Positions 11,855 to 24,059 of a stretch of 64,000 nt of DNA are shown here, piece after piece (position 1 is the stretch's first letter; the number at the start of each line of letters is the position of its first letter). The stretch covers positions 62,001 through 126,000 of the forward strand of contig CBFFRP010000242.1 in assembly GCA_965644295.1 (NCBI GenBank). Direction: 5' to 3'. Made by a program: the position numbers and the translations under genes. Source of the stretch: Paraphysomonas bandaiensis. Taxonomy: Eukaryota; Protista; Chrysophyceae. The notes beneath the pieces were generated by a model. It did not search any database. It was not told where the DNA came from and saw only the letters and a program-made list of their open reading frames with translations.

Positions 11855-11917
11855 CTATAAAGTAATGCACAAGTAGATATAGATATAAACACTACTATAT
11901 ATTGGTATCCCTTGTAC

Positions 11918-12169
11918 AGCAGTGAATGTCTGTTTAAGAGTCAGAACTAGTTAGAGCTAAACTCTGATATTCGACATCCTACTATTTAGCGCTACGAAAG
12001 CGGCTTGTGCGTCACCGCTCACCGCAAGCACAAAGATTCAACCACTTTCGCTCTATCACTCAAAGCAAACGAAGTGAGCAAGCAGAATATTGATATACCT
12101 GACATCTGCAAACTTCAGGATTTTTGAGTCCTTAAAGTGAAAAACCCGGATGCATAACTTCAGCAGGCA
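11918..12169 (-). repeat. Structured dispersed element, copy 2
   Basis: Matches 63033-63266 and 52304-52420 on the same strand, and the reverse complement of the 3' half of copy 1. Confidence 0.88.
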
Positions 12170-13357
12170 AAATGATGCGTGCTTTCTTGTGATTTCGGTT
12201 GTCCTCTTTAGCGCGGTTCAGTTCATTTTCCCTACCACACTGAATTTTGCCTAATGCTTTCCGAAATCTGCATTTTCCCAGGTGGAATTTCATCTCAGGG
12301 TGCGTACTGATAATTAAATCATCGTATTGTACCCGGACATCATCTTCTCCATTTCATTGCAGAAAGGCTTACAACGATGTTAAATCTCTCTAAATGAGGC
12401 AAAAGCACTCCTATCCTGGCATGATCCATTTCGCTTGGGATTAATCGCAACAATTAAACATCAAAACTACACCCCAGGCAAATGAGTGGATAACATATAT
12501 ATACCTCTTGACCATTATTTCATATATTATAGCGAATTCCATTTGATGCTCTTTAGCAAATTACCTCCATTCTGTTTCATTCTTTTGATTCAACAGGCCC
12601 TTCCCGACTGAACGTTCTCTGCATTTCTCTTCATTCTCTGCATTTGCTTGATAGTTATATCTCTTATCTCTTGAGTGCTGAGAATAAAGTCTAAAATGAC
12701 ACTTGTAGTGTCAGAGTGTCGCACAAGTACAATTAATACATGATACACATTCATCCAAGCTTTTATGTTAACAGATAATGGATTTGTATCTGTGTTAACG
12801 TGTTAACTACCTATATAATTTACGAAGCTATATAATTGGCAACATTTACCAATAACAATAATCATTGCAAGTCAGCAACGAAGTACTTATCAGAAGACGG
12901 GTAGTCGTATTTTATGTTGGGCTTTATCTAAAGTAGAAAAATTAAATGCTACAAGAATTTACGACTTTTAAGCCATAACTGTTGGTGAAAAATAATATTG
13001 CTGTTAAATGCAGTATGAGATTGAAGAAGTGTTCAGCTAAACAATAATATAACGACGACTGCATTTCGTGCTTGAACAATATAGCACATTAACTTCACAT
13101 AGACCAGTTATTATACCGGCATATTCATTCCATATCCCACAGCAAAGATACCAATGCCCTTAGCTATTTACTGCTTGTATCAATGCTATTGTGCAATTGG
13201 AATAGCAATCCGGAGCAGTAATGCCTACTTGAAAGTAGCGCACGAAATAGGCAGTACCAAGTATCACAATAGATAAATTATTTCAATGACTATAATACAA
13301 CACTTATACTTATACAACGAAGAAATTAACTCGCCAACTGCAATTGTTGACCATCAG

Positions 13358-13761
13358 TTATTTCTTTCCTCGTGGACGTGTCACTGCTTTTCTATTTTCT
13401 TGCTCCAGAGCTGCATCAATCATTGCTAATCTCCCTTCCAATTGATGTCGTTCGGCTGCGAGAGCTGCCAAAGCTGTAGTAACCCTGGCGGTACTCATTG
13501 TATCTCTTGAACTCTCCATGATCTCCGATCTTCCAGACATAGGTACACTCCTGCCAGTTTCTGGTACACGACCAGACGCTTTCGCATCATCACTAAAATA
13601 CCACAAGTTACGCACTGACTCAACACAAATACATGTTACACATACGCTTTATCTCTTCCAGTTTTTCTAGCTGAGCTGCGAGCTGAGTTCATAAATGTGT
13701 CTTCTATTACAACATAGTTACATAAACGAAACAGATGATAAAGTATGTACTACTCACCCAT
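13358..13761 (-). CDS. Small hypothetical protein (about 100 aa, 3 exons, C-terminal coiled coil)
   Basis: ATGG|gtgagt micro-exon, second exon EDTFMNSARSSARKTGRDKA, last exon DDAKASGR...LAALAAERHQLEGRLAMIDAALEQE...RGKK*; canonical splice sites. Confidence 0.6.
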
Positions 13762-14030
13762 TTCTTTGAAGCCTTTTCAAGCTGCAATAATAGAATAAGA
13801 TAATTAATATGCTTTAATAATGAATTCAACAGAGACACATGCATGTATGTATATATATGCCACTGTACTGTTGTTAGCCTGCATCACAAGAGAAACGGTC
13901 AACTGCCAAAAAATCCCATATATGGGATCTGTAGAAAGGAGGTGGAAATAGTTTCAGTTTGTCTGTTTAAGATATATCTCAGTCAACATTTGTGTTTCTT
14001 CCTCACAGTATGTTTTTTTTTTTGTAGAGA

Positions 14031-14092
14031 TATGTATGTATATGTATGTGTGTGTATGTATGTATGTTATGTATGTATGTATGTGTGTGTAT
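14031..14092. repeat. (TATG/TG)n microsatellite in a divergent promoter
   Basis: tatgtatgtatatgtatgtgtgtgtatgtatgtatg... Confidence 0.85.
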
Positions 14093-14162
14093 ATTTTAGA
14101 TAGTCATACAAGTGTATGGTTTAATCTGCATCATTGCATCCAATAGAAATACAATTTACACA

Positions 14163-14987
14163 ATGTTTCGTGCATTAGCAGTAGGTGCTTGCTTGTTTTC
14201 TGCATCTGTGTGCGGTGCACAGATAAATGCTCCAGGAAAGGCTATATTCTGGTCACCTGGTGATGGTGCTTCCAGTAAGTCTACATACAAAACACAAACC
14301 ACAAGTGTTGATGATGTTGCAACATTACTGAAAAATGAAGCAAATGATAAGGAAATTCTTTTAATGCTTTGCTCTGATAATGATGAAACCAGGGATTTCT
14401 ATCAGTCTCCCTCTATATCTGCCAGTATTCAGTCTGGAGATGCGACTATTTTGCCGAATGTGTATCATTCTGTTGACACTTCAGTGCAGAATATTTGCCA
14501 AAAGTTTACTGAATCAAATACTTTTGATAACATAAGAAGTATGTCTGCTTCTGATGTGGTAAATGTATTGTCGCAATCGAAAGAACTTCTCAGCAATGGT
14601 GTCTTGGACTCATTTGTGATCAATGTTCCCAGAGACGTCTCCACTGATGAATCTTTCAAGGACCTCTTTGATCTTGCTATGTCTGAGGGAAATGCTCTGT
14701 TTGTTGCCTTGCAAAATCCCGCTGGTGTAGCCCCTGAGACCGCTGGTAACTACAACCGTCTGTTGATGAGTGATATTTCTGAAGGCGATAACTACCTCCC
14801 TGAAGGCACCGAATTTTCCATATATTCTCAGAACACCTATCTATATCTTACTCCCGACATTTTTACCGGTCTTATGACAGGACTGTTCATGTTCTTCGTG
14901 CTGTTGATTGGATTCAATTGCCTGGGAGCCATCCAAGGACCTGCTACATTCGCCAAGACCATGCCCGCACTCGGCAAGGAGGGATAG
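14163..14987 (+). CDS. V-ATPase accessory subunit Ac45/Voa1-like (ATP6AP1 family)
   Basis: Signal peptide MFRALAVGACLFSASVCGA; C-terminal YLTPDIFTGLMTGLFMFFVLLIGFNCLGAIQGPATF matches the Ac45/VOA1 transmembrane motif. Confidence 0.82.
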   Translation: MFRALAVGACLFSASVCGAQINAPGKAIFWSPGDGASSKSTYKTQTTSVDDVATLLKNEANDKEILLMLCSDNDETRDFYQSPSISASIQSGDATILPNVYHSVDTSVQNICQKFTESNTFDNIRSMSASDVVNVLSQSKELLSNGVLDSFVINVPRDVSTDESFKDLFDLAMSEGNALFVALQNPAGVAPETAGNYNRLLMSDISEGDNYLPEGTEFSIYSQNTYLYLTPDIFTGLMTGLFMFFVLLIGFNCLGAIQGPATFAKTMPALGKEG

Positions 14988-15481
14988 ATTATATGCTCAT
15001 TCTGTAGTGCCCAGTACTTCTGTGGAGCTGTTGTGACAGCTTAGGTGCCTTGCGATAGTATTAATGGTATGTTGTGAAGACCACGTTTACACTGCGATGG
15101 TTTTTTAGCTGATGTTGATTACTAGCTGATCCCTTGGCAATACCACACTTGTTATTTCGGCACCACAGTTATAATAGCTTAATCCATTTTACACATTTTA
15201 CCACGAACGTAAATCAATCACGTATTGCCATGTAGCCTAATTTTTTAAAGTTTGGAACGAAAAGTAACGCGGCATCAGTGTACCTAACATGTGGTCGCTG
15301 AGTACACAGTACACTACAAGCTGGAATTCGATGCACTATACTTAGTTCCCTGACAGCTGCAAAGTATATCAGTCGCAGAAATATTAATTAGTGCTGTTGC
15401 GATAATTATAAGCTCTACGTGTACACAATACACAAATTGCGTTCATTACTCTAACCTCTAACGTGATATACTGCATTAAAC

Positions 15482-15632
15482 CAGGGCCTGGTAACCGTTA
15501 ATGGTAGTGGTATTAAGTATTAATGGGACATTAGCTATTAATGGTAAAGCCATTATAATTGACGGGAAAATTTTCACTAATGGCATTATAACTGCCGTGA
15601 ACTGGGCACCCATTAATGGTTACCAGGCCCTG
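15482..15632. mobile_element. Minimal hAT-type MITE, 151 bp
   Basis: 23-bp TIRs cagggcctggtaacc(g/a)ttaatgg; perfect 8-bp TSD cattaaac at 15474-15481 and 15633-15640; internal taatgg repeats. Confidence 0.93.
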
Positions 15633-15793
15633 CATTAAACCACGACAGGGGTTTTATGAATCGGAGATAGTAATTATTAGACGACAACTAAAAACACATT
15701 ATTCAATTGTATACTGTAGTAATGACACTACAAAAACACAGGAAAACAACCATACAAGCCACATACGAATCTTCTTAGTCGATATATGATATA

Positions 15794-16475
15794 TCATATA
15801 TCAGATCTTCGTGATAAACGTCCTGTGTGGTCACCAGATCGATAAGATGGAGGGTAAACTCCAGTGTGGTCAGATCGTTGTGAAAAACCATTATCAGAAC
15901 GACCTGATGGCTTATCCCACTTAATATCTGAACGTCCTGAACGTTCAGTAATAACTGGCTCAATGATTAACTAACCGTTGGTGTTGTGTGAGGCGCGATA
16001 GGAAAGTAGATATCAATGGCAACATACCTGTTTGTTATGAATAAGTTTATTATACCGCCGACCATGCTTTGGTCGATCTCGCTCGCTTGCTCCTCCTGGC
16101 AATACTAGAGCAGCTTCAGGACTGCATCGGCTGCCGGCCTTCATCCTGGGTGGCGATTTCAACGGTTCTGGACGTGCTAAAAACTCCGTTCGTACAAAGT
16201 GCCTTGGCATATCATCAGACACTGAGGCGTTCTACAAAGAAGAGAATAGTATGAGTAAGTTATAAAACTCATATAGAAGCATTACAATGCAGCGTCGACC
16301 ATATCCCCCGTGATGAGTTGCTTTTCCTTTCCTGTATGATATGCATTAGAAAATATAATCAAAAATAACAAAAGTACCATGGAGTAGCGGATACTTTAGT
16401 CCATGTAGGTGTTATTTTTCCATCATCTGCACTTGTATCACTGATAACTACTTGATAATGATTCGTTCTTTTCAT
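15794..16475 (-). CDS. Hypothetical basic, disordered protein (4 exons)
   Basis: MKRTNHYQVV...ATPW|KGKATHHGGYGRRCI|NASVSDDMPRHF...HNKQ|LIIEPVITERSGRSD...RRSDI*; frame maintained through three GT-AG introns. Confidence 0.65.
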
Positions 16476-16995
16476 ATCGTCGAGTTTTTGTCAAATTATA
16501 TTAGTGAACACCTACAGAATGACTATTACATAAGTAGAGTTATAGTTCTATAGGAGATTGACTGTAGCGTATGATCTAAGTATATGTCACTGCTTTGAAC
16601 TATGTAAAGTGTATGGCTAATTTAGCTGTACTATCTATGTGTGTTGAAACTGCTGTCTTCATACGATCAGACTGACTTACGTGTTTTTTCATATAGCCAT
16701 ATCCATGTATAGATACCCATATAATTTATATGTACATGTATACATGGTAGTACTGCTGTATACTGCTGTATATAGGTGTATGTATATCGTTCAATGAAGG
16801 AGCTTTACTCATCAGAGACCAGCAGAGTACAAGACCAGGACACTGTTTTCAAACCCAATGAAAGTATTGAAGAGATGTCTCTTAGAGAGAGGAGAGGAGT
16901 AATCCTGCTTCATATACATTAGGTAAACATTACTTTGCTTCAGTCAAGCTTTACATTCAATCGTCCACGAGTTGTATCCTGCGGTATACAATATC

Positions 16996-17179
16996 TCCTG
17001 TATTCTACGGTATAATGAACGTCTAGTATACATACACATCTATATACCTCTTGATGTCCTGTATTCTACCGTATGATGAATATCGTTAGCAGCATACATA
17101 CACACTACGACATATACATATACAGCGCTGTATATATCACTTGATGTCCTGTATTCTACCGTATGATGAATGTCGTTAG
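16996..17179. repeat. Three imperfect direct repeats (24-40 bp core)
   Basis: tcctgtattctac(g/c)gtat(a/g)atgaa at 16996, 17057 and 17147; copies 2 and 3 share 40 bp with a 90-bp period. Confidence 0.85.
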
Positions 17180-17379
17180 TGGGGATATATACATACATAC
17201 AGCAGTACATACATATGTATATACTGCTGTACATGTTTTTGAATATCATGCCGTCTATACACACATATACATACATATTAACACCCTCACCACACTCTAC
17301 TCTCTATTCTCTATAGTATTATCTAGGATTACAGTGAATAACATTAATCAGGATATAGTTGTTTCATATCTCGTATCTT

Positions 17380-20170
17380 ATGTTGGCTAAGAGGAGTCGT
17401 AGGGATATAGCAGTCACTAAAGATGTCAAGGGATTTGATGATATTGATTTGTTTTGGAATGCTACAGGTAGCATATATATACACTCTACTCGATATAGAA
17501 GATGTGTGTATGTGTATGTATATGTATGTATACTTTAACTATATGATGTGTGTGTGTTATACTCGTATGTATGCTGTGTATCTGTATAGGTATGTATACA
17601 CTATGGACACACGTGTGATATATATACATATATATATATATAGTTAACTCAAATATATCACTGTGTAGATACCGCTCTCTCTCCCTCAGACACATCAACG
17701 TATGTGGATGAGTTTGCCTATGACACCTCCAGCACCATATCAGGTATACTTATGTACAGTGAGGGGGTCAATGTATTGATATGAATATACAGAAGTATCG
17801 GATGATATGTCGGATGATGCATCCATTGTCGAGGTGGAGAGTTCCGCAGGTGATCAAGGTAGGTGAACTCTTGTTGTCATGTTGTATGCATGAATTGTAA
17901 CTGGAAACGCTTAGTGGAAGTGAGTCGCGAAAGTGATATGTCGGAATCACTCTCCTTGATTGATAATAACACCACCATTCCTGAGTCTCAAGTCGGTGAA
18001 GACGAAGACACAGATGCTCAAGAGCTATCGGATGCAGATGACTTGGCATCCAGTAATGAGGCCTCGCCTGTCAAGCGCAGGGGAGGTAGTAGTACTAATC
18101 GTCGTGCTTCTGCTCCTGCCGCCATAAGAGGGAATAAAACTCAGCCTGTCCACCAACGTGCAGAAACGAAACCATCACGACAGAGCAAATCTCCCAAAAA
18201 GAAAAGTGCTGACGACAAGGATACGTCTGTATCTCCTTTTGATGCCGGTCGACTTTCCAGTATAGGAGTAGTTGGACGCCGGGGTAGTCCTGAGGAAAGA
18301 GTATATGTCGAAGCGGAGCTCGAGCCAGATTTTGGAGATGATATGGACGGAGGTGGGTACGATTTCGGTCATGAGGATGATGACGTTGGGAATGAAAGCT
18401 TCGCATTCCATAAGAATGATACGGCAACTAAGAGTACAGGGAAGAAGAGACGCCAGTCATCTGTAACATTTGACCCAGAGTCCACGTCGAAGCGTCGTGA
18501 TTCCACTGGATCGCGAAAGTCTCTATCGTCTACGGCAACAGAGACACCACGACCTAAGAAGGGTCAACGTAGGAGGGTTTCTTATATGTCTGAGACCTCT
18601 ACTACACCAGGAACTAATGAGTTTCCTCGTGGAAGAACACTTAGAGACGATTCGTTCACAGATGATGAGGATGACGGTGAGTTTATTATAATATTCAACT
18701 GCATCATGAAGTTTATGTATTTTTGTATTGTCCCAAATATGAATTGTATTTAATACCCATTATTTTCTTTCCTTGTAGATGCCAATACAACCCGGGATAT
18801 TGACTCGAGCGGACTGTCGAGTAGTGGCTATGTGGACACGTCGTTCATGTCTGCTGCTCGTCGAGGGTTACGAGATAGCGATGAGGAGGAAAATGACATC
18901 CCCAGTGACCATGATTCCGCAGATGAACAAGGGCTGCGCAGAAGCAGGCGAGCTACAAAGGGTCAGCGATTTCAGTTTTGGAAGAATGAAAGATCGGTGT
19001 ACATGCGGGTAGATTTTGTCGAAGTATACCTTCACTATGGATAACTCATTTATGGGAATAAATAGGGTAGGATGGTTGGCTTGCTGCGGGCTGAACCAAC
19101 TCCACGGAAGCCGAAGCGAACCACTAAGCAGAATAACCGCGGACGCAAAAGATCGAAAGTCTCCCGTCGTCTTGAGGATTCGTCTGAGAGTGAGGCAGAG
19201 CAGGAGATACACAAAACTGAAAAGAACTTACCCCCACCTAAAATTCCCTCGGATATCAAGTACATTCCTAGGTGCCAATCAGCATAATTAGCATAAATAA
19301 GCGTAAAAATTTTTTATGTTCAGGGACGGAGTTACAACATACTCTGTGTGGGACGATGACATATCGGCTGCGGCGGATATCAAGGTCGACATCATGATTT
19401 GTTACTGTTGTATTTCGTATAAATAATTGTACCAGACTATATCCATCAAGGAGTCAATGTACCCACCAGCGAAACTACCTATTTCTGGTACGTGCTAGAG
19501 ATATATTTCTCTGTGTGTAGTGAATTACACATGTTCTAGCACCTCGTCCACAGGGAAACGATATCGTTGGCCTTGCCGCCCAATCGTTTAATATCAGCTC
19601 TACTGCACGTATGTCCGGGTGGATATCAGGTTCGTCGGGTGTAGTATTTGGCGTCTACTCGTTTCGCTGATGAGCTTCTCTGCGCGTAGGCTTCGTTGAT
19701 CTACCTCCAGGAGCGATTAAAGATGCTGAAGGGGTGGGAGAATGTTGCCAAGTTTTCGTGATATCGGACTGTCAGAATGGATCAGGTATATAACTTCGCA
19801 TGTTTTTGTGAATGGTTAATACAATGTGTATTGCAATTTAGTGGAGTTTGGGTTGGCAGACCCTAGCACTGAGGAGTGGGATGACGAAACAGCCCAGCGC
19901 TCTCTCCTCAACAAGGGAGACTTCTTTTTTGTTCCCCCTGGAAACATATATAGGTGTGTTGTGAAGGTGACTGATCTTGTGGATGTAACACACGAGTGTA
20001 GGCTTGAAAACCACTCCTCAAGCAAGTCTTGTATGATATACTGGACAATTATTCGGCCCGTGGAAGATCCAGGTGTGTAATATTTCGTTTGTTATTTCAG
20101 CTTTGTTATTTTTGCTTTTTGTATATCAGAAAATGAAGAAGATGAAGAAACGAAAACGACAGATGAATAG
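17380..20170 (+). CDS. CENPC: Centromere protein C (CENP-C/Mif2)
   Basis: N-terminal KDVKGFDDIDLFW (Mif2_N-like), long disordered middle, CENP-C motif GLRRSRRATKGQRFQFWKNERSVY, C-terminal cupin (GFVDLPPGAIK...GDFFFVPPGNIYRLEN). About 12 exons; start and last exon inferred. Confidence 0.88.
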
Positions 20171-20774
20171 TTCAAGAAGATGTGAATCGACTTGTAGTAC
20201 GTATTGTAGCTATGATATAGTGTTTATGTGGTAACCCTTCTTACTTTATAATACAAAGAAATGTATTTTTACAGAATTAATCACGTCTATGTATATTGGC
20301 AACCTACCAAAGTTGAGATATGCTGTGTAATATGATATATACTGTGCAATTGAAGTGAGTTAATATTAGACGAATCCATAGTAGTGAAGGGTGAACTTAG
20401 TTTGTAATGAAGTAACTTCAGTTACTGATGTTTGTGTATATTAGATATTTTTATGGTGTAGCGAGGATCGTCAGGTGAACATATGTAGAAGAAGAGATCT
20501 TCACTAGATGTTACTGTTAGGAGTCATTGATTCACGTATATCCCTTAACGCGTGAATACAACACACGTATACAATGAAATGCCAAATAGACTGAATAATT
20601 ACCAAACTATACATGATACGCGACTGTACAAGATACGCACATGTGTGTGGTGCTAACGCTCTGCTCAAACGTGTATTGCTATTATACTATTAGGCCTTAT
20701 CGTTCAATCTTTATCTCTAATAAAATTTCAAGTATATCCTTACTAAATATCAAGACTAACCTTAAATCTTATTT

Positions 20775-20825
20775 TGGTAGCGGATGGTAGTTCGATCTAG
20801 CGACCTTTGGGCTACGTGTTATGGG
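20775..20825 (-). pseudogene. 3'-half initiator tRNA-Met fragment with templated CCA
   Basis: Minus strand reads cccataa-(cacgtag)-cccaaaggtcgctagatcgaactaccatccgcta-CCA: CAT anticodon loop, iMet-type GATCG T-loop, acceptor 3' strand. D-arm and 5' half are absent. Confidence 0.7.
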
Positions 20826-21382
20826 TGTTGATAGAATAAAACCATTAAAATCACGAAACTTTGATAATTTAAAACGAATACTGATTACTTATTACCATTC
20901 ATATGGCGTTGAAGCAAAATCTGTAAAAGTAATATAGTGATAATTTCAATTTTGAAGTTACAAGCAAGGTTTAATTCAGTGCAACGTTCTATTCTTACAG
21001 GAATCTATAATTTCATTATATTTTGATGACGATACTATGTCATCAATAAAATAACAGTGTAGAGAGTGTAGACGTGTAGACCATACAAAATAATCTACGG
21101 TTTCGTGGAAGCTTTGTTGTGTTATTCACTACTATGTAATGGTACGTTCTCTTTTCTATCTGATGCTGACTGTATAATATAATAAGCTCAATACATCTTC
21201 AATTTGTTACTTCTTAGGTACGTTCTATTACTTATTTTATTACTGGATACATTTCTCTAAAACACATAATATTTGTGTACATTAACAATTGCTTGTTATC
21301 ATTCGCAGTAGTTCGAACAGTATCCAAATGAACTCAGAAGACACAAAAGCTTCGATGATCAAAATTAAGTATGTGATACCTA

Positions 21383-23645
21383 TTACAAAGCAGAGTCTGA
21401 GGTAATGCTAGGATCGTTTGCTTCAATAGCAAGGCGAGAAAGCTCCTCCTCTGTTTTGTATTCGTATCCTTCTGATATATAGCTGAACAAAATCTGTGAA
21501 TAGGATTAGTAAAGCATGATATAAATCTTCCTTTCTATACCTGATTAAGTACCATCAACCCAGCAAGAAGGAAAAAATAATATTCCAAGTGTCCATCATC
21601 AATATTCTCCGGTACCCATTCTTTTCCTTCTCCTCCACTGTTCACAATGTAAAGTAATGGGATAACTACCCAAGCTCCTAGTGCTGTCGTGAAGAGATTT
21701 AACGCCTATACAATACGCGCATACTAGATATCAGTTATTGTTGTATATCAGACAGAGGATGCACACCTGTGACACTGAACGCATGGACTGCGGTGCTTGT
21801 GAATAAAAGAACTCAAGAGAGGTTATCGATGCCAAAATCTCGGCCACTCCGATCAAACAGAATTGTGGTATCTGATCATCAATTGAAACACTTTATTTAA
21901 CATTTACGGCAGGAGTACCTGCCAAAACACAGAAACTTCGCTCATCTGAGGAATGTCATCGCAAGATATGCAAGTTAGGTTCAAGTACTGTCTATTATTG
22001 TAGGTATAATAATCATCACACCCATTTATCTGATGACAATTGGCCGGCTCATCTTCGTCCTAAACACAACTATATAACACGTATAATAAAAAAACTAGAA
22101 TTGATAACAACCTTTCCGGCATCCCACCGCTGGTAAATATACGGATCATAGTCATCAATATCATGGCAAGGTGATATATTATCCCTCGCATTCTTATCAT
22201 AGTAGTCTCCAGGATCTGCCTTGTGAGCAATCCTGTAAATCTCTACCAATCCAGCCACAACCATGGCCAACATTGCAAACATGAGTCCCCACCACATTTT
22301 ACCCAACAATGTTATTTTGCAACCATGCGACTTTAGCATGGGATAAAGATATGTATCAAACAGTGGTACAAACAGTAGAATGGCTACGGTGTCAAATAAA
22401 TTCAATGCTGACACCGGAACATGCCCTTTTCCCATGTCAAGATTCATCTGACAGCCTTGATTTTGAAACGCAGTGCTCATTTGACTATATATTCCCCAGA
22501 ATGGTACAAGAACTCCAAGAAAAGGAAGCAAACGAGTCACCAGCTTCACGGATTCTACAGTTGCTTGATCATATGATCCACCATATTTCCTACTAGCCCG
22601 GTCTAATACGCGACTGGTTTGTGCTGTTCGGTTGGTCCAGATTGCTTCGCGGTATATACTGAGAGTTGAAGCTATCACGCTCCCACCAGGTGGTGGTACA
22701 GTGTATTTAGTCGTTCCAGCGAGAAATATAAGTACAGCGAGTCCCATCATAATGCACGGTATCATATAACCTACAAAAAATCCCCAGTCCTCTCCTCCCA
22801 AAGCTGGAATGCCGTATTGGCATATGTAACTTACAACAGTGTACGATATACCTGCTCCAAGATTAATAGACCAATAGAACCTATGACAAATATATAACGA
22901 AAATGTAAACATAAGAAATATAACCGCACATACCAATTAAAAAAAGATTCTTTTTCAATTTTATCTTGCTCATATTTCTCATCAAACTGATCCGCACCCA
23001 TAGTAGATACATTAGGTTTTATACCGCCAGTGCCAATGGCAATAATGTAGATGGCTGGAAATATAATCCCTGGACTGGCAGCTCCAGGGATACTGCCGAT
23101 AACCACCAGTACAAGACCGACCAGATATATACAGCAGAATACAAGGATAGCCTTATATCTGCCTATATAAGCATCCGCAAGATATCCTCCAATTAAAGGG
23201 GTGACATAACATGCACCAGACCATGCTGAATACTAACATACATACATCTCACTGCTCTGTCTATGTATATATATATAGATCATACCTGTACATCTGCTGC
23301 AGCATTATCCATATCTAACTGTCTTTGAAAAAACAATACTAATGATCCAGCAAAACCATAAAATGCTAATCTTTCACAAAACTCTGTTACTATAATATAT
23401 CCAGCTACATATTTAAGTACTGATTCCCTGTATGAGATATATGAGATAGATAGATATATATGTTAGGTGAACGTACCGTTTGGAAGATAATGTAGCCGGT
23501 TGATTGAAGTCCTTCAAAGATATAAGGTATATAGATATAGGCATTGATGTATGTCAATATATTCACTTACTTTTTTTGATATATTATATGAAGACTTCAA
23601 CTTCACATTTTGTTGCAAGAGAATCTTTTTATCACTACTGCTCAT
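21383..23645 (-). CDS. POT/PTR (SLC15/NPF) proton-coupled oligopeptide transporter
   Basis: [11 protein letters not shown] (ExxER), [57 protein letters not shown]...[14 protein letters not shown]; multi-exon. Confidence 0.93.
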
Positions 23646-24059
23646 CGTGACTTATATGGATATATATGCTAATAATAACCTCGATATTCGACTTCGGTAT
23701 TGCTATATGAGGCCAACAGACGTCCAGTTACATAAAATTGCCAAAGATGCATAGATAGATACATACAGTGACTATACATACATACAGTTGTATATAGATA
23801 CTACACACACCTACAGCGCGATATCGTAGTACATAACATACATACAAACATACATACATACTGCGGTATGCACATAGCACATAACGATACGTACGTACAT
23901 ACCACTACTCATATACACAGGTACTCCTCCTCCCATGGATTTTTCCTTCATAATCTTGGAATACTTTCTTGTTATTGTAGTATACTTCTAACCCAACCCA
24001 TTATATGACTATCTTACTAACCACAACATAACCGTGATTAGGGAAGTAAAGTCAGTGAC

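Noticed and set aside
12170-12720. Exon-like minus-strand fragments
   Set aside because: Could not build an open spliced frame; possibly a decayed gene or TE but unsupported.
16800-16865. Hammerhead core CTGATGAG on the minus strand
   Set aside because: The stem II candidate is not followed by GAAA, and stems I/III are absent.
16996-17179. CRISPR-like repeat-spacer pattern
   Set aside because: Only three degenerate units, low-complexity spacers, eukaryotic context and no cas genes.
20826-21057. Solo LTR starting TGTTGA next to the tRNA fragment
   Set aside because: No matching CA end with TSD, and the tRNA fragment lies on the wrong side to be its PBS.
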